Notes: generated from the sequence alone by a model not told the origin. 64,000 nucleotides of DNA from Deferribacterales bacterium (GCA_050253075.1 JBFWJS010000007.1:64001-128000); one strand, 5' to 3'; numbered from the stretch's first letter, positions 36,358-47,840 are shown. Program-made: numbers and translations.

Positions 36358-38643
36358 TTACTTATGTTTCAGCTTCGCCTTTTCTGTAGCATCAACTACA
36401 GCGATAGCGGCGAGGTTTACTATTTCGTTCACGTCTACTCCACGCTGAAGTACGTGTACGGAGCTCTGGAATCCCTGAAGGATAGGACCGATGGCGATAC
36501 CGCCGCCGAGTCTCCAGAGGAGTTTGTATGCGCTGTTGCCCGCCTCGAGGTTAGGGAATACCATAACAGTGGCATCGCCTTTAATGTCGGAGAATGGGAA
36601 AGCGTCGTCTACGATAGGTCTGTAGAGTGCGCTGTCTGCCTGCATTTCGCCGTCTATTACGAGGTTAGGGTATTTGGCTTTTACCATCTTCACAGCGTCA
36701 CGGATCTTTTGTGTGCGAGGTATACGCACAGAGCCGAAGTTGGAGAAAGATATCATCGCAACCTTAGGCTCGATCTCGAATTTCGCACATGTATCGGCAG
36801 ACTGTACGGCTATCTGAGCCAGAACATCTGCATCAGGGTCGATGTTTACTGTTGTGTCGGCACAGAGCACGACTCTGTCACGGAATACCATGAAGTAAGC
36901 ACCTGAAGGGCTTGTATATCCTTCCTGCAGAGGGAGGAGCTCCATCAGAGGCTTGATAGCGTCGGGATAGTTTCTTGCGTATCCGTTGAGGAGACAGTCG
37001 GCCTCGCCGTTTGCTATCATCATAGCGCCGAAGTAGTCATGTACACGTACAAGGAGTCTTCTGGCTTCTTCGTGTGTCATGCCTTTTCTCTGGCGCAGTT
37101 CCATGATCTGGTTTGTATACTGACCGAGTTTGTTGGAAAGGATAGGGTTTATGATCTCTATGCCTTTCAGGTCTATATTGTTTTTATCTGCCAGTTCTCT
37201 TATGCGGTCAGGATTACCGAGAAGTATTGGCATAGCGATGCCTTCCTCGACGAGCTTTGTTGCTGCTCTGAGGATCTTCTCGTGTTCGCCTTCAGGGAAA
37301 ACGAGCTTCTTCGGTTTCTGCTTAGCGACAGATATGATGTGTCTTGTGAATTCCTTCGCAAAGGAGAGTCTTGACTCAAGGTAGTCTTTATATTTTTCGA
37401 AGTTAGGGATGTCTTTCTGTGCTACGCCTGTGTCGATGGCTGCCTTAGCCACGGCAGGAGCAACCCATGTGAGAACCCTGTGGTCGAATGGTTTCGGGAT
37501 GATGTAGTCAGGTCCGAATTCTATTTTGCTGACGCCGTAAGCCTTACATACTGTTTCAGGCACGTCCTGCTTCGCAAGGGTGGCGAGGGCGTGTACGGCA
37601 GCGAGCTTCATCTCTTCGTTGATGGCTTTCGCACGGACGTCGAGAGCACCGCGGAAGATGAAAGGGAATCCGAGAACGTTGTTTACCTGGTTAGGGTAGT
37701 CGGAGCGTCCTGTCGCCATGATAGCATCGCCTCTGACCTCTGCCACTTCCTCAGGAGTGATCTCAGGGTCAGGGTTTGCCATAGCCATGATGATAGGGTT
37801 GCGTGCCATGTTCTTAACCATTGCTTTGTCCACGGCGCCTTTAACGGAGAGCCCGAGGAAGACGTCTGCGCCGTCCATAGCCTCTTCGAGTGTGCGTTTA
37901 TCTGTTTCAATGGCGAATTCTTCTTTATATTTGTTCATGCCCTCTTTACGGCCGACATAGATAACACCCTTTGTGTCGCACATATAGATGTTTTCCTGCT
38001 TTCCGCCGAGGAGCATTATGAGCTTTCCGATGGCGATACCGGCAGCACCGGCACCGTTGATAACTATCTTGATAACATCTATCTTTTTATTGATAAGGTC
38101 GAGAGCGTTGATAAGAGCGGCAACGGCGATGATGGCCGTACCGTGCTGGTCGTCGTGGAAAACGGGGATGTTCATTCTCTCTTTCAGTGTTTCTTCGATG
38201 TAGAAACAGTCGGGAGCTTTGATATCCTCAAGGTTTATACCGCCGAATGTAGGCTCCATCAGCTCACATGCCTTGATAACGTCGTCAGGGTTCTGAGAGT
38301 TTATCTCTATGTCGAAAACATCGACATCTGCGAACCTTTTGAAGAGAACGCCTTTACCTTCCATAACAGGCTTACCCGCTGCGGCGCCGATGTTACCCAG
38401 CCCGAGCACGGCTGTACCGTTTGACACGACTGCCACAAGGTTTCCTTTAGATGTATATTCATATACCATGTCAGGGTTTGCCTCGATCTCTCTGCACGGC
38501 TCGGCTACGCCGGGTGTGTATGCAAGAGAAAGGTCTCTCTGTGTGTAGCATGGTTTGATAGGTGTTACTTCGATCTTTCCGTTTCTGGGGGAACGGTGAT
38601 ATTCCAGAGCTTCTTCTTTCGTTACTTTTTTATTGTCGGACAT
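36358..38643 (-). CDS. maeB: NADP-dependent malic enzyme with C-terminal PTA-like domain
   Basis: [64 protein letters not shown] before ATG 38643. Confidence 0.96.
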   Translation of the reverse strand: MSDNKKVTKEEALEYHRSPRNGKIEVTPIKPCYTQRDLSLAYTPGVAEPCREIEANPDMVYEYTSKGNLVAVVSNGTAVLGLGNIGAAAGKPVMEGKGVLFKRFADVDVFDIEINSQNPDDVIKACELMEPTFGGINLEDIKAPDCFYIEETLKERMNIPVFHDDQHGTAIIAVAALINALDLINKKIDVIKIVINGAGAAGIAIGKLIMLLGGKQENIYMCDTKGVIYVGRKEGMNKYKEEFAIETDKRTLEEAMDGADVFLGLSVKGAVDKAMVKNMARNPIIMAMANPDPEITPEEVAEVRGDAIMATGRSDYPNQVNNVLGFPFIFRGALDVRAKAINEEMKLAAVHALATLAKQDVPETVCKAYGVSKIEFGPDYIIPKPFDHRVLTWVAPAVAKAAIDTGVAQKDIPNFEKYKDYLESRLSFAKEFTRHIISVAKQKPKKLVFPEGEHEKILRAATKLVEEGIAMPILLGNPDRIRELADKNNIDLKGIEIINPILSNKLGQYTNQIMELRQRKGMTHEEARRLLVRVHDYFGAMMIANGEADCLLNGYARNYPDAIKPLMELLPLQEGYTSPSGAYFMVFRDRVVLCADTTVNIDPDADVLAQIAVQSADTCAKFEIEPKVAMISFSNFGSVRIPRTQKIRDAVKMVKAKYPNLVIDGEMQADSALYRPIVDDAFPFSDIKGDATVMVFPNLEAGNSAYKLLWRLGGGIAIGPILQGFQSSVHVLQRGVDVNEIVNLAAIAVVDATEKAKLKHK

Positions 38644-39135
38644 AGTACCCTCCTGATATTTCATATCAATAACAATATTAAGGTACCTTAAACTATAAAT
38701 CAACTTAAATGTTCACGGCAGGCTTTATTATGAACATTGGTTCGTTAAATTTTTCTATATTTCACGCTGTATTACTATTGGTTTTATCTATAGTAAGTGT
38801 TTTATTTTTGAGAATACTAATAGTTGTAAAATTGGTATTTTTTATATAATGGTGAAGCATTATTGAAAAAACCAATGAGCTCAAAGCCTGTAAAATGCGG
38901 AATAAGGTAAGTCTGGACTATATTTTCTTAGTTGTATAGATTAGTATACATGTGAAATTTGAGCATAATCAGACACTATGATAAGCCTTCTATTTTATCT
39001 ATCAAAAATAACTAATACGGTGTTTGTTTGTATGTTACCATTTGTTAACAATGGTCTGAAAATTTATTCAAAATTTTTTTCTAGTCATGATTTTCAAGTA
39101 GGATTGTGCATTTGGTCGAAATAGTGTATAAATAA

Positions 39136-40071
39136 GTGACAATACAGGGAAAAGCTGTAAATAAGCATCTTTGGCGGTCTGATTTGGATAATGTTCAGCT
39201 AGTGTCAAATTTTACAAACTGGATGAAATATGAGCTGGGTCTCGCTGAAAACAGCGTAAAGGCCTACCGTCAGGATGTCGAAAATTATATGGAATACACC
39301 GCAAAAAACCTCACCGAATGTACTGCGCAGGAGCTTGTGATGTATATGACCCATCTGAGAAAGAGCGGCTCAAGCATCGAGACTGTTCAGCGGAGGCTCT
39401 CCGGCATATCCCGCTTTTACGACTTTCTCATCATGGAGCGCATACTTAAAACAAACCCTGTAGGCTTTATATCAAAACCCTCCAAGTGGGAGAAGCTCCC
39501 CGTTTTTCTAAACTTTGACGAGGTAGAGGCTCTCATAAACGCTCCCGATATATCCAGTGATCTGGGATATAGAGACAGGGTGATATTCGAGACATTATAC
39601 TCCACAGGTATGCGCATCAGCGAGCTCATCGGGCTTCAGGTGGGCGATGTGGACATGCACCGTGAGATAATGAAGGTGACAGGCAAGGGTAGCAAGCAGA
39701 GACTGGTTCCCATGTACGGCTCTCTGGCGGAAAAGATGCGTACATATATAGACATCCGCCACAACGCCCTTGTAAAGGAGCGTGACGAAGGCTGGCTCTT
39801 CCTCAGCAGAAACGGAAAGAAGCTGAACAGGGAGTATGCGTGGATGATGGTTAAAAAATATTGCGAAAGGGCGGGGATAAAGAAAAATGTCTCTCCGCAC
39901 ACATTAAGGCACTCTTTTGCAACTCATCTTTTGACAAACGGCGCAGATTTACGCACAATACAAATATTTCTGGGACATTCCGATCTTTCAACCACCCAGA
40001 GATACACACAGGTGACAGACGACAAGGCGAGAAATACTCTATTAAACTGTCATCCGAGGTTTCGCAGATGA
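39136..40071 (+). CDS. xerD: Tyrosine recombinase XerD
   Basis: LYSTGMRISEL, GKGSKQR, SPHTLRHSFATHLL..GADLR.IQ..LGH.DLSTTQRYT; exact start uncertain. Confidence 0.88.
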   Translation: MTIQGKAVNKHLWRSDLDNVQLVSNFTNWMKYELGLAENSVKAYRQDVENYMEYTAKNLTECTAQELVMYMTHLRKSGSSIETVQRRLSGISRFYDFLIMERILKTNPVGFISKPSKWEKLPVFLNFDEVEALINAPDISSDLGYRDRVIFETLYSTGMRISELIGLQVGDVDMHREIMKVTGKGSKQRLVPMYGSLAEKMRTYIDIRHNALVKERDEGWLFLSRNGKKLNREYAWMMVKKYCERAGIKKNVSPHTLRHSFATHLLTNGADLRTIQIFLGHSDLSTTQRYTQVTDDKARNTLLNCHPRFRR

Positions 40072-42710
40072 AGCGCATTGCAATTACTCATAAAAACCCT
40101 GACTTCGATGCTGTTGCCAGTGCATACGGAGCATACCTCCTGCACGGTCTGGACGGCATAGTCACGGCGACATCATATGAGACAAGTGTTAAGGAATTTA
40201 TCACCACGGAGGATGTCAATCTTCCGCTGATACACCTGCGTGAAAAGGATCTGGAGTCTATCGACAGGCTCGAACTGCTCGTGATAACCGACTGCAAGCT
40301 GGAAAGCAGGCTCGAGCCCCTGAACACACTTATCAAAAAAGCAGACAAAATAATTATATATGATCATCACCCGTCCCATGGACAGGATATCGAAGGGGAT
40401 GAAAAGCACATAGAGGACATCGGCTCCTGTACGGCTATCATCGCACACCTTTTAAAAGATAATAATATCGATATATCTCCTATGGATGCAGGCATCCTCA
40501 TGGCGGGGATATACGAAGATACGGGGATGCTCACATTCACCAGCACATCAGTGAAGGATATGGAGGCCGCCGCATGGCTGCTTTCCAAAGGTGCAGACCT
40601 GCAGGTCATCAGCGACTATGTTAAGCGTGAGATGAGCCGTGACCACGTCTTTATCCTGAATGAACTGCTGACGAACATCTCTCTGGTGCGCATCGGTGCT
40701 ATCAGCATCGGCGTTTCCAGTGCATCCAGCGACCAATACATAGGCGAGATATCATACCTCGCCCATAAGATAATGGACATAGAGAGCCTCGACGCTCTTT
40801 TCATAATGGTGCGCACAGGAGACCGTGTGATAATGGTGGGGCGCAGCCGTGCCGACGAGGTGAATGCAGCGACAATAGCTTATCATTTCGGCGGAGGCGG
40901 ACACCCTACGGCGGCGAGTGCCGTTGTGAAAAATCAGACACTGCACGAAGCGATAGACAAGCTGAACCTTATACTCCATGAGGTAGTAAAACCTGTTAAG
41001 CTCGCTTCGGACATTATGAACTCTCCTGTGAAAACACTGAATGCCACCACGACATTCGGTCAGGCGATAGACATCTTTATGAAGCATAACCTGAACATGA
41101 TGCCCGTGGTAGACGGCAAAAAGCCCGTGGGGCTGGTCTCCAGAAGGGATATCCTGCAGGGGCTGAAACATAAGCTGAATAACGAGCCGATCAACAGCAT
41201 CATGCAGGTGGAATACGGTGCGGTCTCTCCGAATGCGCCATATTACGCCGTAGAGGAGCTGATGCTCGGGTCTAACCAGACAATGATAATAGTCGAGGAG
41301 GATGGCGAGCTGAAAGGTGTCGTCACCAGAACAGACCTCCTGCGCCTTATGCATGAAGAGATATCCAGAATGCCTAGATATAAAGACGGCAGACTGGTTA
41401 AAAACGAGATAAAGCGATTTAAAAATATATCGGCCGCTATGGCCAGCGTGATGCCCGAGCGTGTCGTCAACCTGCTGAATGACATAGGCGAGATGGCGGA
41501 CGAACAGAGGTTTAAATGCTACCTCGTGGGCGGTGTCGTGCGGGATATCCTCCTGCGCAAGACTAACGAAGACATTGATATCGTAGTGGAGGGGAGCGCC
41601 CCTACATTTGCGAAGATGTTTGCCGAAAAGCATAATGCAAGGGTTGCCGTACATGCAAAGTTTAAGACCGCCGTCGTGATATTCGACGATGGATTCAGAG
41701 TTGACTTTGCCACCAGCAGGACAGAATATTACAACTTCCCCGCTTCGGCTCCGACTGTGGAGGACGCCTCCATCAGAAACGACCTTTTCCGCAGGGATTT
41801 CAGCATAAACGCCATGGCTGTGAAGCTGAATAAAGGCGAATTCGGCACTTTGCTCGACTTCTTTGGAGGGCAGAGGGATATATCGGATAAAAAGATACGT
41901 GTGCTGCACTCGCTCAGCTTTGTGGACGACCCTTCGAGGGCTCTGCGTGCTATACGCTTTGCCGTGCGCTTCGATTTCAATATTGGTCCGCACACGGACA
42001 GGCTCTTCCGCCATGCGGTCAGCCTGAATCTGTTTGATAAGGTTATCGGGCCGAGGATGTTCCTCGAGCTGAAATATATACTGAGTGAGAAGAACTATCA
42101 AAAAGCTCTGGAGATGATGAAGAAGTACGACATGCTCCGCTTCTTTTCCAAAAAGATACAGATGGACGAGCGTAAGGACAACTTTTACGAGAGTCTGGAG
42201 CTCATCATAGACTGGCACTCATTTCAGTTTGACGAGGAATATGATGTCTATATCCCGCGCTTCATACTGCTCTTCTGGGAGCTGGAGAGGGACGACATCG
42301 ACGAACTGCTCGAGCGGTTTAAGCTGGATGACGGAAAGACTCAGGAGCTGATGCAGAGCTTCAAAGAGACAAAAGACGTGGTCAGCGGGATACTCCGCAG
42401 AAGCATCGATTGTCCGTCCTGCTTCACCAGCTATATGGACAGGCTGGGCATACCTTGTGCCGTTGCCGCTTCTGCCCTTGTGGGGGAGAAGTTCGAGGAC
42501 TATGTTAAAGATTATTTCACTGACTACAGGTTTGTAAAGGCAGATATAGACGGAAACGACCTGAAAAAAGCAGGTGTAAAACCTAATAATATATACTCTA
42601 AGATACTGTCCGTGTTGAAAAATGAGAAAATAGACGGGCAGTGCGTAGGAAAAGAGGCACAGATGAAGAGAGCTCTTGAGCTTGCGAAAGAGATGGTGAA
42701 AAATGGCTAA
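40068..42710 (+). CDS. tRNA nucleotidyltransferase with DHH/DHHA1 and CBS domains (probably A-adding type)
   Basis: THKNPDFDA, DHH, GGGGH, CBS pair, VGG.VRD, DIDIVVE, RRDFSINAMA, DDPSR..RAIRF; ATGA overlap with xerD. Confidence 0.9.
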   Translation: MKRIAITHKNPDFDAVASAYGAYLLHGLDGIVTATSYETSVKEFITTEDVNLPLIHLREKDLESIDRLELLVITDCKLESRLEPLNTLIKKADKIIIYDHHPSHGQDIEGDEKHIEDIGSCTAIIAHLLKDNNIDISPMDAGILMAGIYEDTGMLTFTSTSVKDMEAAAWLLSKGADLQVISDYVKREMSRDHVFILNELLTNISLVRIGAISIGVSSASSDQYIGEISYLAHKIMDIESLDALFIMVRTGDRVIMVGRSRADEVNAATIAYHFGGGGHPTAASAVVKNQTLHEAIDKLNLILHEVVKPVKLASDIMNSPVKTLNATTTFGQAIDIFMKHNLNMMPVVDGKKPVGLVSRRDILQGLKHKLNNEPINSIMQVEYGAVSPNAPYYAVEELMLGSNQTMIIVEEDGELKGVVTRTDLLRLMHEEISRMPRYKDGRLVKNEIKRFKNISAAMASVMPERVVNLLNDIGEMADEQRFKCYLVGGVVRDILLRKTNEDIDIVVEGSAPTFAKMFAEKHNARVAVHAKFKTAVVIFDDGFRVDFATSRTEYYNFPASAPTVEDASIRNDLFRRDFSINAMAVKLNKGEFGTLLDFFGGQRDISDKKIRVLHSLSFVDDPSRALRAIRFAVRFDFNIGPHTDRLFRHAVSLNLFDKVIGPRMFLELKYILSEKNYQKALEMMKKYDMLRFFSKKIQMDERKDNFYESLELIIDWHSFQFDEEYDVYIPRFILLFWELERDDIDELLERFKLDDGKTQELMQSFKETKDVVSGILRRSIDCPSCFTSYMDRLGIPCAVAASALVGEKFEDYVKDYFTDYRFVKADIDGNDLKKAGVKPNNIYSKILSVLKNEKIDGQCVGKEAQMKRALELAKEMVKNG

Positions 42711-43647
42711 AGAGACCATTGAGCTTTCACCGACCATCATTCCATCCATACTGGGCAACAAAGACGCCCATATCAGGATGGTGAACAATACTTTCAATGT
42801 TAAGACCAGTGTTTTCGGCGGACAGGTGACCATAGAGGGTGAGCCCGATGCCGTGGCGCAGGCTATAAAAGCCGTGCAGGATATGGCAAACATAGCATCC
42901 GATGCGAACCTCACAACGGAAAAGGTGACAGACATCATCCGCATGGCATCAGACAACACACCCGATGCCTGTGAAGTTATGGCCGACTGCATACAGGTCG
43001 GGGGCAGGGTAAAGAAGGTTTACCCGAAATCCGCCACACAGAAGGCATACGTCAGCGCAATACGTAAGCAGGACATGGTTTTCGGCATCGGTCCTGCGGG
43101 AACGGGTAAGACGTATCTGGCTATGGCTATGGCCGTGCATCACTTCATGCGTAAGAAATGCAGTAAGATAATCCTGACACGCCCCGCAGTGGAGGCAGGA
43201 GAGAACCTCGGCTTCCTCCCCGGTGATATAGCTGATAAGATCAATCCGTACCTCAGACCTCTCTATGATGCTCTTTACGGCATGATGGACTATGCGAGGG
43301 TGACTGCTCTGCTGGAACAGGGGGTTATAGAGGTCGCACCGCTGGCATTCATGCGGGGGCGCACCCTGAACGATGCATTTATCATACTGGACGAAGCACA
43401 GAACACCACAGAGGAGCAGATGAAGATGTTCCTCACCAGGATGGGCTTTCAGTCGAAGGTGGTCGTCACGGGGGACGTGACACAGATAGACCTGCCGACC
43501 AATAAGAACAGCGGACTTTTGCTGGTGCAGAAGATACTGAAAGATATAAACGGCATAGATTTTCTGCACTTTACGGATAAGGACGTCGTGAGGCATCCCC
43601 TTGTGCAGAAGATAGTGAAGGCATACGACAAGTATTACGGAGAGTAA
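42703..43647 (+). CDS. phoH: PhoH family ATPase
   Basis: GPAGTGKT, RPAVEAGE.LGFLPG, FMRGRTL, DEAQN. Confidence 0.95.
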   Translation: MAKETIELSPTIIPSILGNKDAHIRMVNNTFNVKTSVFGGQVTIEGEPDAVAQAIKAVQDMANIASDANLTTEKVTDIIRMASDNTPDACEVMADCIQVGGRVKKVYPKSATQKAYVSAIRKQDMVFGIGPAGTGKTYLAMAMAVHHFMRKKCSKIILTRPAVEAGENLGFLPGDIADKINPYLRPLYDALYGMMDYARVTALLEQGVIEVAPLAFMRGRTLNDAFIILDEAQNTTEEQMKMFLTRMGFQSKVVVTGDVTQIDLPTNKNSGLLLVQKILKDINGIDFLHFTDKDVVRHPLVQKIVKAYDKYYGE

Positions 43648-43648
43648 A

Positions 43649-44128
43649 ATGGATATAAACATTCTTATCACCGACGATACCGGATCATACGACAAAGAAC
43701 AGATGTTTGTGGACTGTGCGGAGATGACTTTTAAAGTGCTTGGAGAGACATTCGGAGAGGATTCAAAGGTAGGCTTTGACGATTGCGAGATATCGCTCCT
43801 TCTGACAGACGATGCACGCATCCATGAGCTGAATAAGGAATACAGGGAAAAGGACAAGCCGACGGACGTGCTCTCTTTCCCTATGGCGGAAGATCCCTTC
43901 GAAGAGGGCGGTATGCTCGGGGATATCGTAATATCTGTCGAAACAGCTAAAGAACAGGCGAAAGACGCCGATATCACACTCGACAGAGAGGTGTCTTTCC
44001 TATTCATCCACGGTCTGCTGCACCTCATGGGATTAGACCACGAGACAAGCACCGAGGACGAGGAAGAGATGTTCGACCTTCAGGAGAATATATTACGAAA
44101 TCTTCTCGAAATAGGTAAAGTGCCTTGA
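43649..44128 (+). CDS. ybeY: rRNA maturation RNase YbeY
   Basis: PTDVLSFP, HGLLHLMGLDH. Confidence 0.96.
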   Translation: MDINILITDDTGSYDKEQMFVDCAEMTFKVLGETFGEDSKVGFDDCEISLLLTDDARIHELNKEYREKDKPTDVLSFPMAEDPFEEGGMLGDIVISVETAKEQAKDADITLDREVSFLFIHGLLHLMGLDHETSTEDEEEMFDLQENILRNLLEIGKVP

Positions 44129-44272
44129 TATTGTCTTTTCAGTATGATAAACAAACTATATGCGATAAATATCGAAATCGTCTGATTTCGAAATCTTCTT
44201 AAATGGCAGGTATATACTAAACAAAATGGACTCGGGCAGTTCGTGTTATTTTAACTATCTGGTGCAGCTCTG

Positions 44273-45577
44273 ATGAATGAAACTCTCACTCTAGAGCTGA
44301 TGGCAATTGGTGCCTGTGTTATCCTTTCAGGATTCTTTTCAGGGAGCGAGACAGCGCTCACATCTCTTGGCGAATTGAAAATCAGGCACATGATCGAAGA
44401 AAACAAAAAGGCAAAGCCTCTTCAGCTTTGGCTTGAACACCCTAATAAGGTTCTTAACACCATCCTTATCGGAAACAACATAGTAAACATTCTCGGCTCT
44501 GTCCTTGCGACAGATTTTGCTGCGAGGCTTTTCGGCGATTCTAAGATAGCCGCCGTTACAGGTATCATGACGCTCTTGGTGCTCTTCTTCGGAGAGATCA
44601 CGCCTAAGACCTTCGCAAAGCATAATGCCGCTACTATAGCTCCGTATGTCATCCGCATACTGAAACTTCCGTATTTCTTCTTTTACCCTTTCTCTTTCGG
44701 TATAAACAAGCTGGTAAAGGCGATGATTGTCATCTCCGGCGGTAAACTGGATAAGAACAAAAGTAGAATCACGGAAGACGAGCTCGAATTTTACATATCT
44801 GAAAGTGAAAAAGAGGGGATCATCGAAAACGGAAAGAGCCGTATGCTTCAGAATATCTTCGACATAAGCGAGATATACGTGAAGGAAGTCATGGTTCCCC
44901 GTACGGATATGGTGGCAATAGACATCACAGACCCTCTGGAAAGCTATATAGACAAGATACTTGCGTCTGAATTTTCTCGTATTCCGGTATACGAAGATAC
45001 GGTGGATAAGATCGTCGGTATCCTTTATGTAAAAGACCTTCTCAGGTTTGTAAATAAGGACAGCGTGACCTTCGACATCAAAAAGGTACTCCGAAAAGCC
45101 TATTTTATCCCTGAGACAAAAAAGATAGATTCCCTCCTCGGTGAATTTCAGAAAAACAGAAACCACATGGCCATCGTAATAGACGAATACGGCGGTGTGG
45201 ACGGACTTGTAACACTCGAAGACATCCTCGAAGAGATCGTGGGCGAGATATGGGACGAGTACGACACAGAGGAAGAGGAAGTGACAGAGATAGCCGACGA
45301 CACATTCATTGTGGATGTGCGTATGGACATAGACGACTTCTGCGAGAAATTCGAGCTGGAGAAAACAGGCGAGATGCAGGAGTATGAGACCGTCGGCGGG
45401 CTTGTCTTCGACATTGCGGAGAAGATACCCGAGGTCGGCGAAAAGTATGAATATGAGAATTATCAGTTCAAAATACTAAACAAACACGAAAGAAGGCTTG
45501 ACAAGGTCGAGCTAAGAAGGCTAGAGAATGAGCCTGACACATTACAGGAGAACTCTGGCGACGATGAAAAAATTTAA
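44273..45577 (+). CDS. CNNM/HlyC-CorC family protein (DUF21-CBS-CorC)
   Basis: FFSGSETAL, GEITPK, VMVPR, FSRIPVY, DEYGG..GLVTLEDILEEIVGEI. Confidence 0.93.
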   Translation: MNETLTLELMAIGACVILSGFFSGSETALTSLGELKIRHMIEENKKAKPLQLWLEHPNKVLNTILIGNNIVNILGSVLATDFAARLFGDSKIAAVTGIMTLLVLFFGEITPKTFAKHNAATIAPYVIRILKLPYFFFYPFSFGINKLVKAMIVISGGKLDKNKSRITEDELEFYISESEKEGIIENGKSRMLQNIFDISEIYVKEVMVPRTDMVAIDITDPLESYIDKILASEFSRIPVYEDTVDKIVGILYVKDLLRFVNKDSVTFDIKKVLRKAYFIPETKKIDSLLGEFQKNRNHMAIVIDEYGGVDGLVTLEDILEEIVGEIWDEYDTEEEEVTEIADDTFIVDVRMDIDDFCEKFELEKTGEMQEYETVGGLVFDIAEKIPEVGEKYEYENYQFKILNKHERRLDKVELRRLENEPDTLQENSGDDEKI

Positions 45578-46451
45578 AACCGGCTTTGTAACAATAATGG
45601 GCAGACCAAATGTTGGTAAGTCCACACTTCTGAATGCTCTGATGGGGGAGAAGATTGCTATCACCTCATCAAAGCCCCAGACAACCCGTGCTAATATTCA
45701 GGGTATTCTGACAGGCGAGGACTTTCAGCTTGTCTTCATAGACACACCCGGATATCACAAGGCGAAAGACAGCATAAACAAGATGATGGTGCAGCAGGCA
45801 AAGGACGCTCTGGAGGCTGTGGATGCCGTTTATCTTCTCGTTCAGCCGGACGAATATATGGGGCCCGAGCTTACGGGCTTAGTTAAAGTGCTGGAAAAAG
45901 TTGACTGTGTTAAATTCCTTATAATAAACAAAGTAGACAACTTTAAAAAAGAGCTGGTGTACGAGATGGCGAACAAGATGTTTCCCATGCTGGAGTTCAA
46001 ACACGTACTCCCCGTATCTGCTCTGAAGGGTACAAATGTCGACACTCTTTTAAAGCTGACACTGGAAGAAATGGAAGAGGGCGAGCCTATTTTCCCCGAG
46101 GATGAGATCACCACTCAGCCTGAGAAAATGCTTGTTTCTGAATTTATCCGTGAGCAGGTTTTCAGACAGCTTTCAGACGAGATTCCATATCAAATAATTG
46201 TAGAAACGGAAAAAATAGAAGACAGAAGCGATGAATTAATGTATATTGCAGCATCCATCATCGTTAACCGCGACTCTCAAAAAGGGGTCGTGATAGGCAA
46301 GGGCGGTCAGAGGCTGAAAGAGATCAGCACGGCTGCAAGGGTCTCGTTGTCTAACTTTTTCGGGGTCAATATTTATCTTGAGCTCTTTGTAAAAGTAAAA
46401 ACGGGATGGCAGACAAAGGATGAATACCTTAAGATGCAGGGGCTCTATTAG
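45564..46451 (+). CDS. era: GTPase Era
   Basis: GRPNVGKS, PQTTR, DTPG, NKVD, KH GKGG; start taken at MKKFK. Confidence 0.96.
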   Translation: MKKFKTGFVTIMGRPNVGKSTLLNALMGEKIAITSSKPQTTRANIQGILTGEDFQLVFIDTPGYHKAKDSINKMMVQQAKDALEAVDAVYLLVQPDEYMGPELTGLVKVLEKVDCVKFLIINKVDNFKKELVYEMANKMFPMLEFKHVLPVSALKGTNVDTLLKLTLEEMEEGEPIFPEDEITTQPEKMLVSEFIREQVFRQLSDEIPYQIIVETEKIEDRSDELMYIAASIIVNRDSQKGVVIGKGGQRLKEISTAARVSLSNFFGVNIYLELFVKVKTGWQTKDEYLKMQGLY

Positions 46452-46481
46452 ATAAAAATTTAGTTTTATAAAAGGTTTATT

Positions 46482-47840
46482 ATGCTTACACAATCACTCA
46501 GAGTAAAGCTGGAAACAGTCCGAAAGCTGATCAGACGTAACGCCAGACACCCTCTGGAGAACCTTTTATCAAAACTTCACCCTGCAGATATTGCCTCTAT
46601 TTATAAGAATCTTACCGAGCTGGAAAGGGAAAAGATATGGAACTATATCTCTGACCAGTCAATAATCGCTTCCGCTATCCTTGAGCTGGAAGACGCAGAT
46701 ATTATAAAATTCTTCGAAAACCGACCGATAAAAGAGATTGCGCCGATCATTGACGAGATGGAGTCTGACGACGCCGCCGAGATCGTGCGTATGCTCCCAG
46801 ACGACGTTACTGGCGAGCTCCTTAAGATGATGGGCAAGGACGAGATGAGCGAGGTGGAAACCCTGCTGACATACGCAGAGGACACCGCCGGTGCCATCAT
46901 GAACACCAGCTTCTTCGCACTGCACGAAGACATGACGGTGAAGGAAGCCACGAAGACTCTGCATCAGGCAGAGGATGTGGAGATGGTTTTCTATCTTTAC
47001 GTTGTCGATGCCGAAGGGAAGCTCTCGGGCGTTATATCCCTGAGACAGCTTATACTGAATACACCTGATAAAAAGCTCTCGGACATCATGTCCAGAGAGG
47101 TTATAAAAGTTCATACAGATGTCGACCAGGAAGACGTCGCAAAGATGGTTGAAAGATACGACCTGCTTGCGCTCCCCGTTGTGGATGAGAATTACAAGCT
47201 CGTGGGTATCATCACCGTTGACGACGTTATCGACATTATCCGAGAGGAAGCCACAGAGGATATCTACCGCATGGCGGGTACCAGTGACGACGAGCTCCTT
47301 TTTGGACATAATTCTATCAAAGTAGCCAAGGTGCGCTTGCCGTGGCTGTTTATCACATTCCTCGGTTCTATATGCTCCAGCTTTGTTGTGGCATTCTTTC
47401 AAGGTAAAGTTACGGAGTTTGCGCTCCTTGTGCCTTTCATGCCTGTAATCATGGCTATGGCGGGTAACGTCGGGTCTCAGTCTGCGACAATACTCATCCG
47501 TGGATTCGCCCTCGGAAAGATAGCCCACAGCGAGATAGTCTCCTTCACTCTGAAAGAGATACGGGTGGGGATGATAATAGGCGTTGCCTGCGGGATACTC
47601 CTTTCCATAGTCAGTTACCTCATAGACGGCAATTTTGTCCTCGGGATAGCTGTCGGAACGTCTATGCTGTGCTCACTTACCATTGCAGCTTTCACGGGTA
47701 CATTTGTGCCTGCCACACTTATAAAGATGAACTTTGACCCTGCTGTTGCTTCCAGCCCTTTCATCTCCATGCTGAACGACATTCTGGGTCTCGCCATATA
47801 CTTCGGCACTGCCATACTCTTTTTCAGTTACTTAGGATGA
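46482..47840 (+). CDS. mgtE: Magnesium transporter MgtE
   Basis: LHPADIA, CBS pair, RLPWL, GNVGSQ, DPAVASSPFI...ND. Confidence 0.95.
   Translation: MLTQSLRVKLETVRKLIRRNARHPLENLLSKLHPADIASIYKNLTELEREKIWNYISDQSIIASAILELEDADIIKFFENRPIKEIAPIIDEMESDDAAEIVRMLPDDVTGELLKMMGKDEMSEVETLLTYAEDTAGAIMNTSFFALHEDMTVKEATKTLHQAEDVEMVFYLYVVDAEGKLSGVISLRQLILNTPDKKLSDIMSREVIKVHTDVDQEDVAKMVERYDLLALPVVDENYKLVGIITVDDVIDIIREEATEDIYRMAGTSDDELLFGHNSIKVAKVRLPWLFITFLGSICSSFVVAFFQGKVTEFALLVPFMPVIMAMAGNVGSQSATILIRGFALGKIAHSEIVSFTLKEIRVGMIIGVACGILLSIVSYLIDGNFVLGIAVGTSMLCSLTIAAFTGTFVPATLIKMNFDPAVASSPFISMLNDILGLAIYFGTAILFFSYLG

Noticed and set aside
38704..39135. dif site or replication origin next to xerD
   Set aside because: No dif consensus or DnaA-box cluster recognised by eye
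39861..40067. N-terminal extension of the 949-aa ORF
   Set aside because: Overlaps the xerD catalytic region; the ATGA-coupled start at 40068 fits the DHH domain
39136..40071. Tyrosine recombinase as a prophage or island integrase
   Set aside because: XerD-like motifs, housekeeping context, and no att repeats or mobile cargo seen
40752..42218. 488-aa minus-strand ORF and other long shadow ORFs (42949-44052, 37480-38424, 58497-59417, 4868-5755)
   Set aside because: They lie antisense to well-supported genes and show no recognisable motifs
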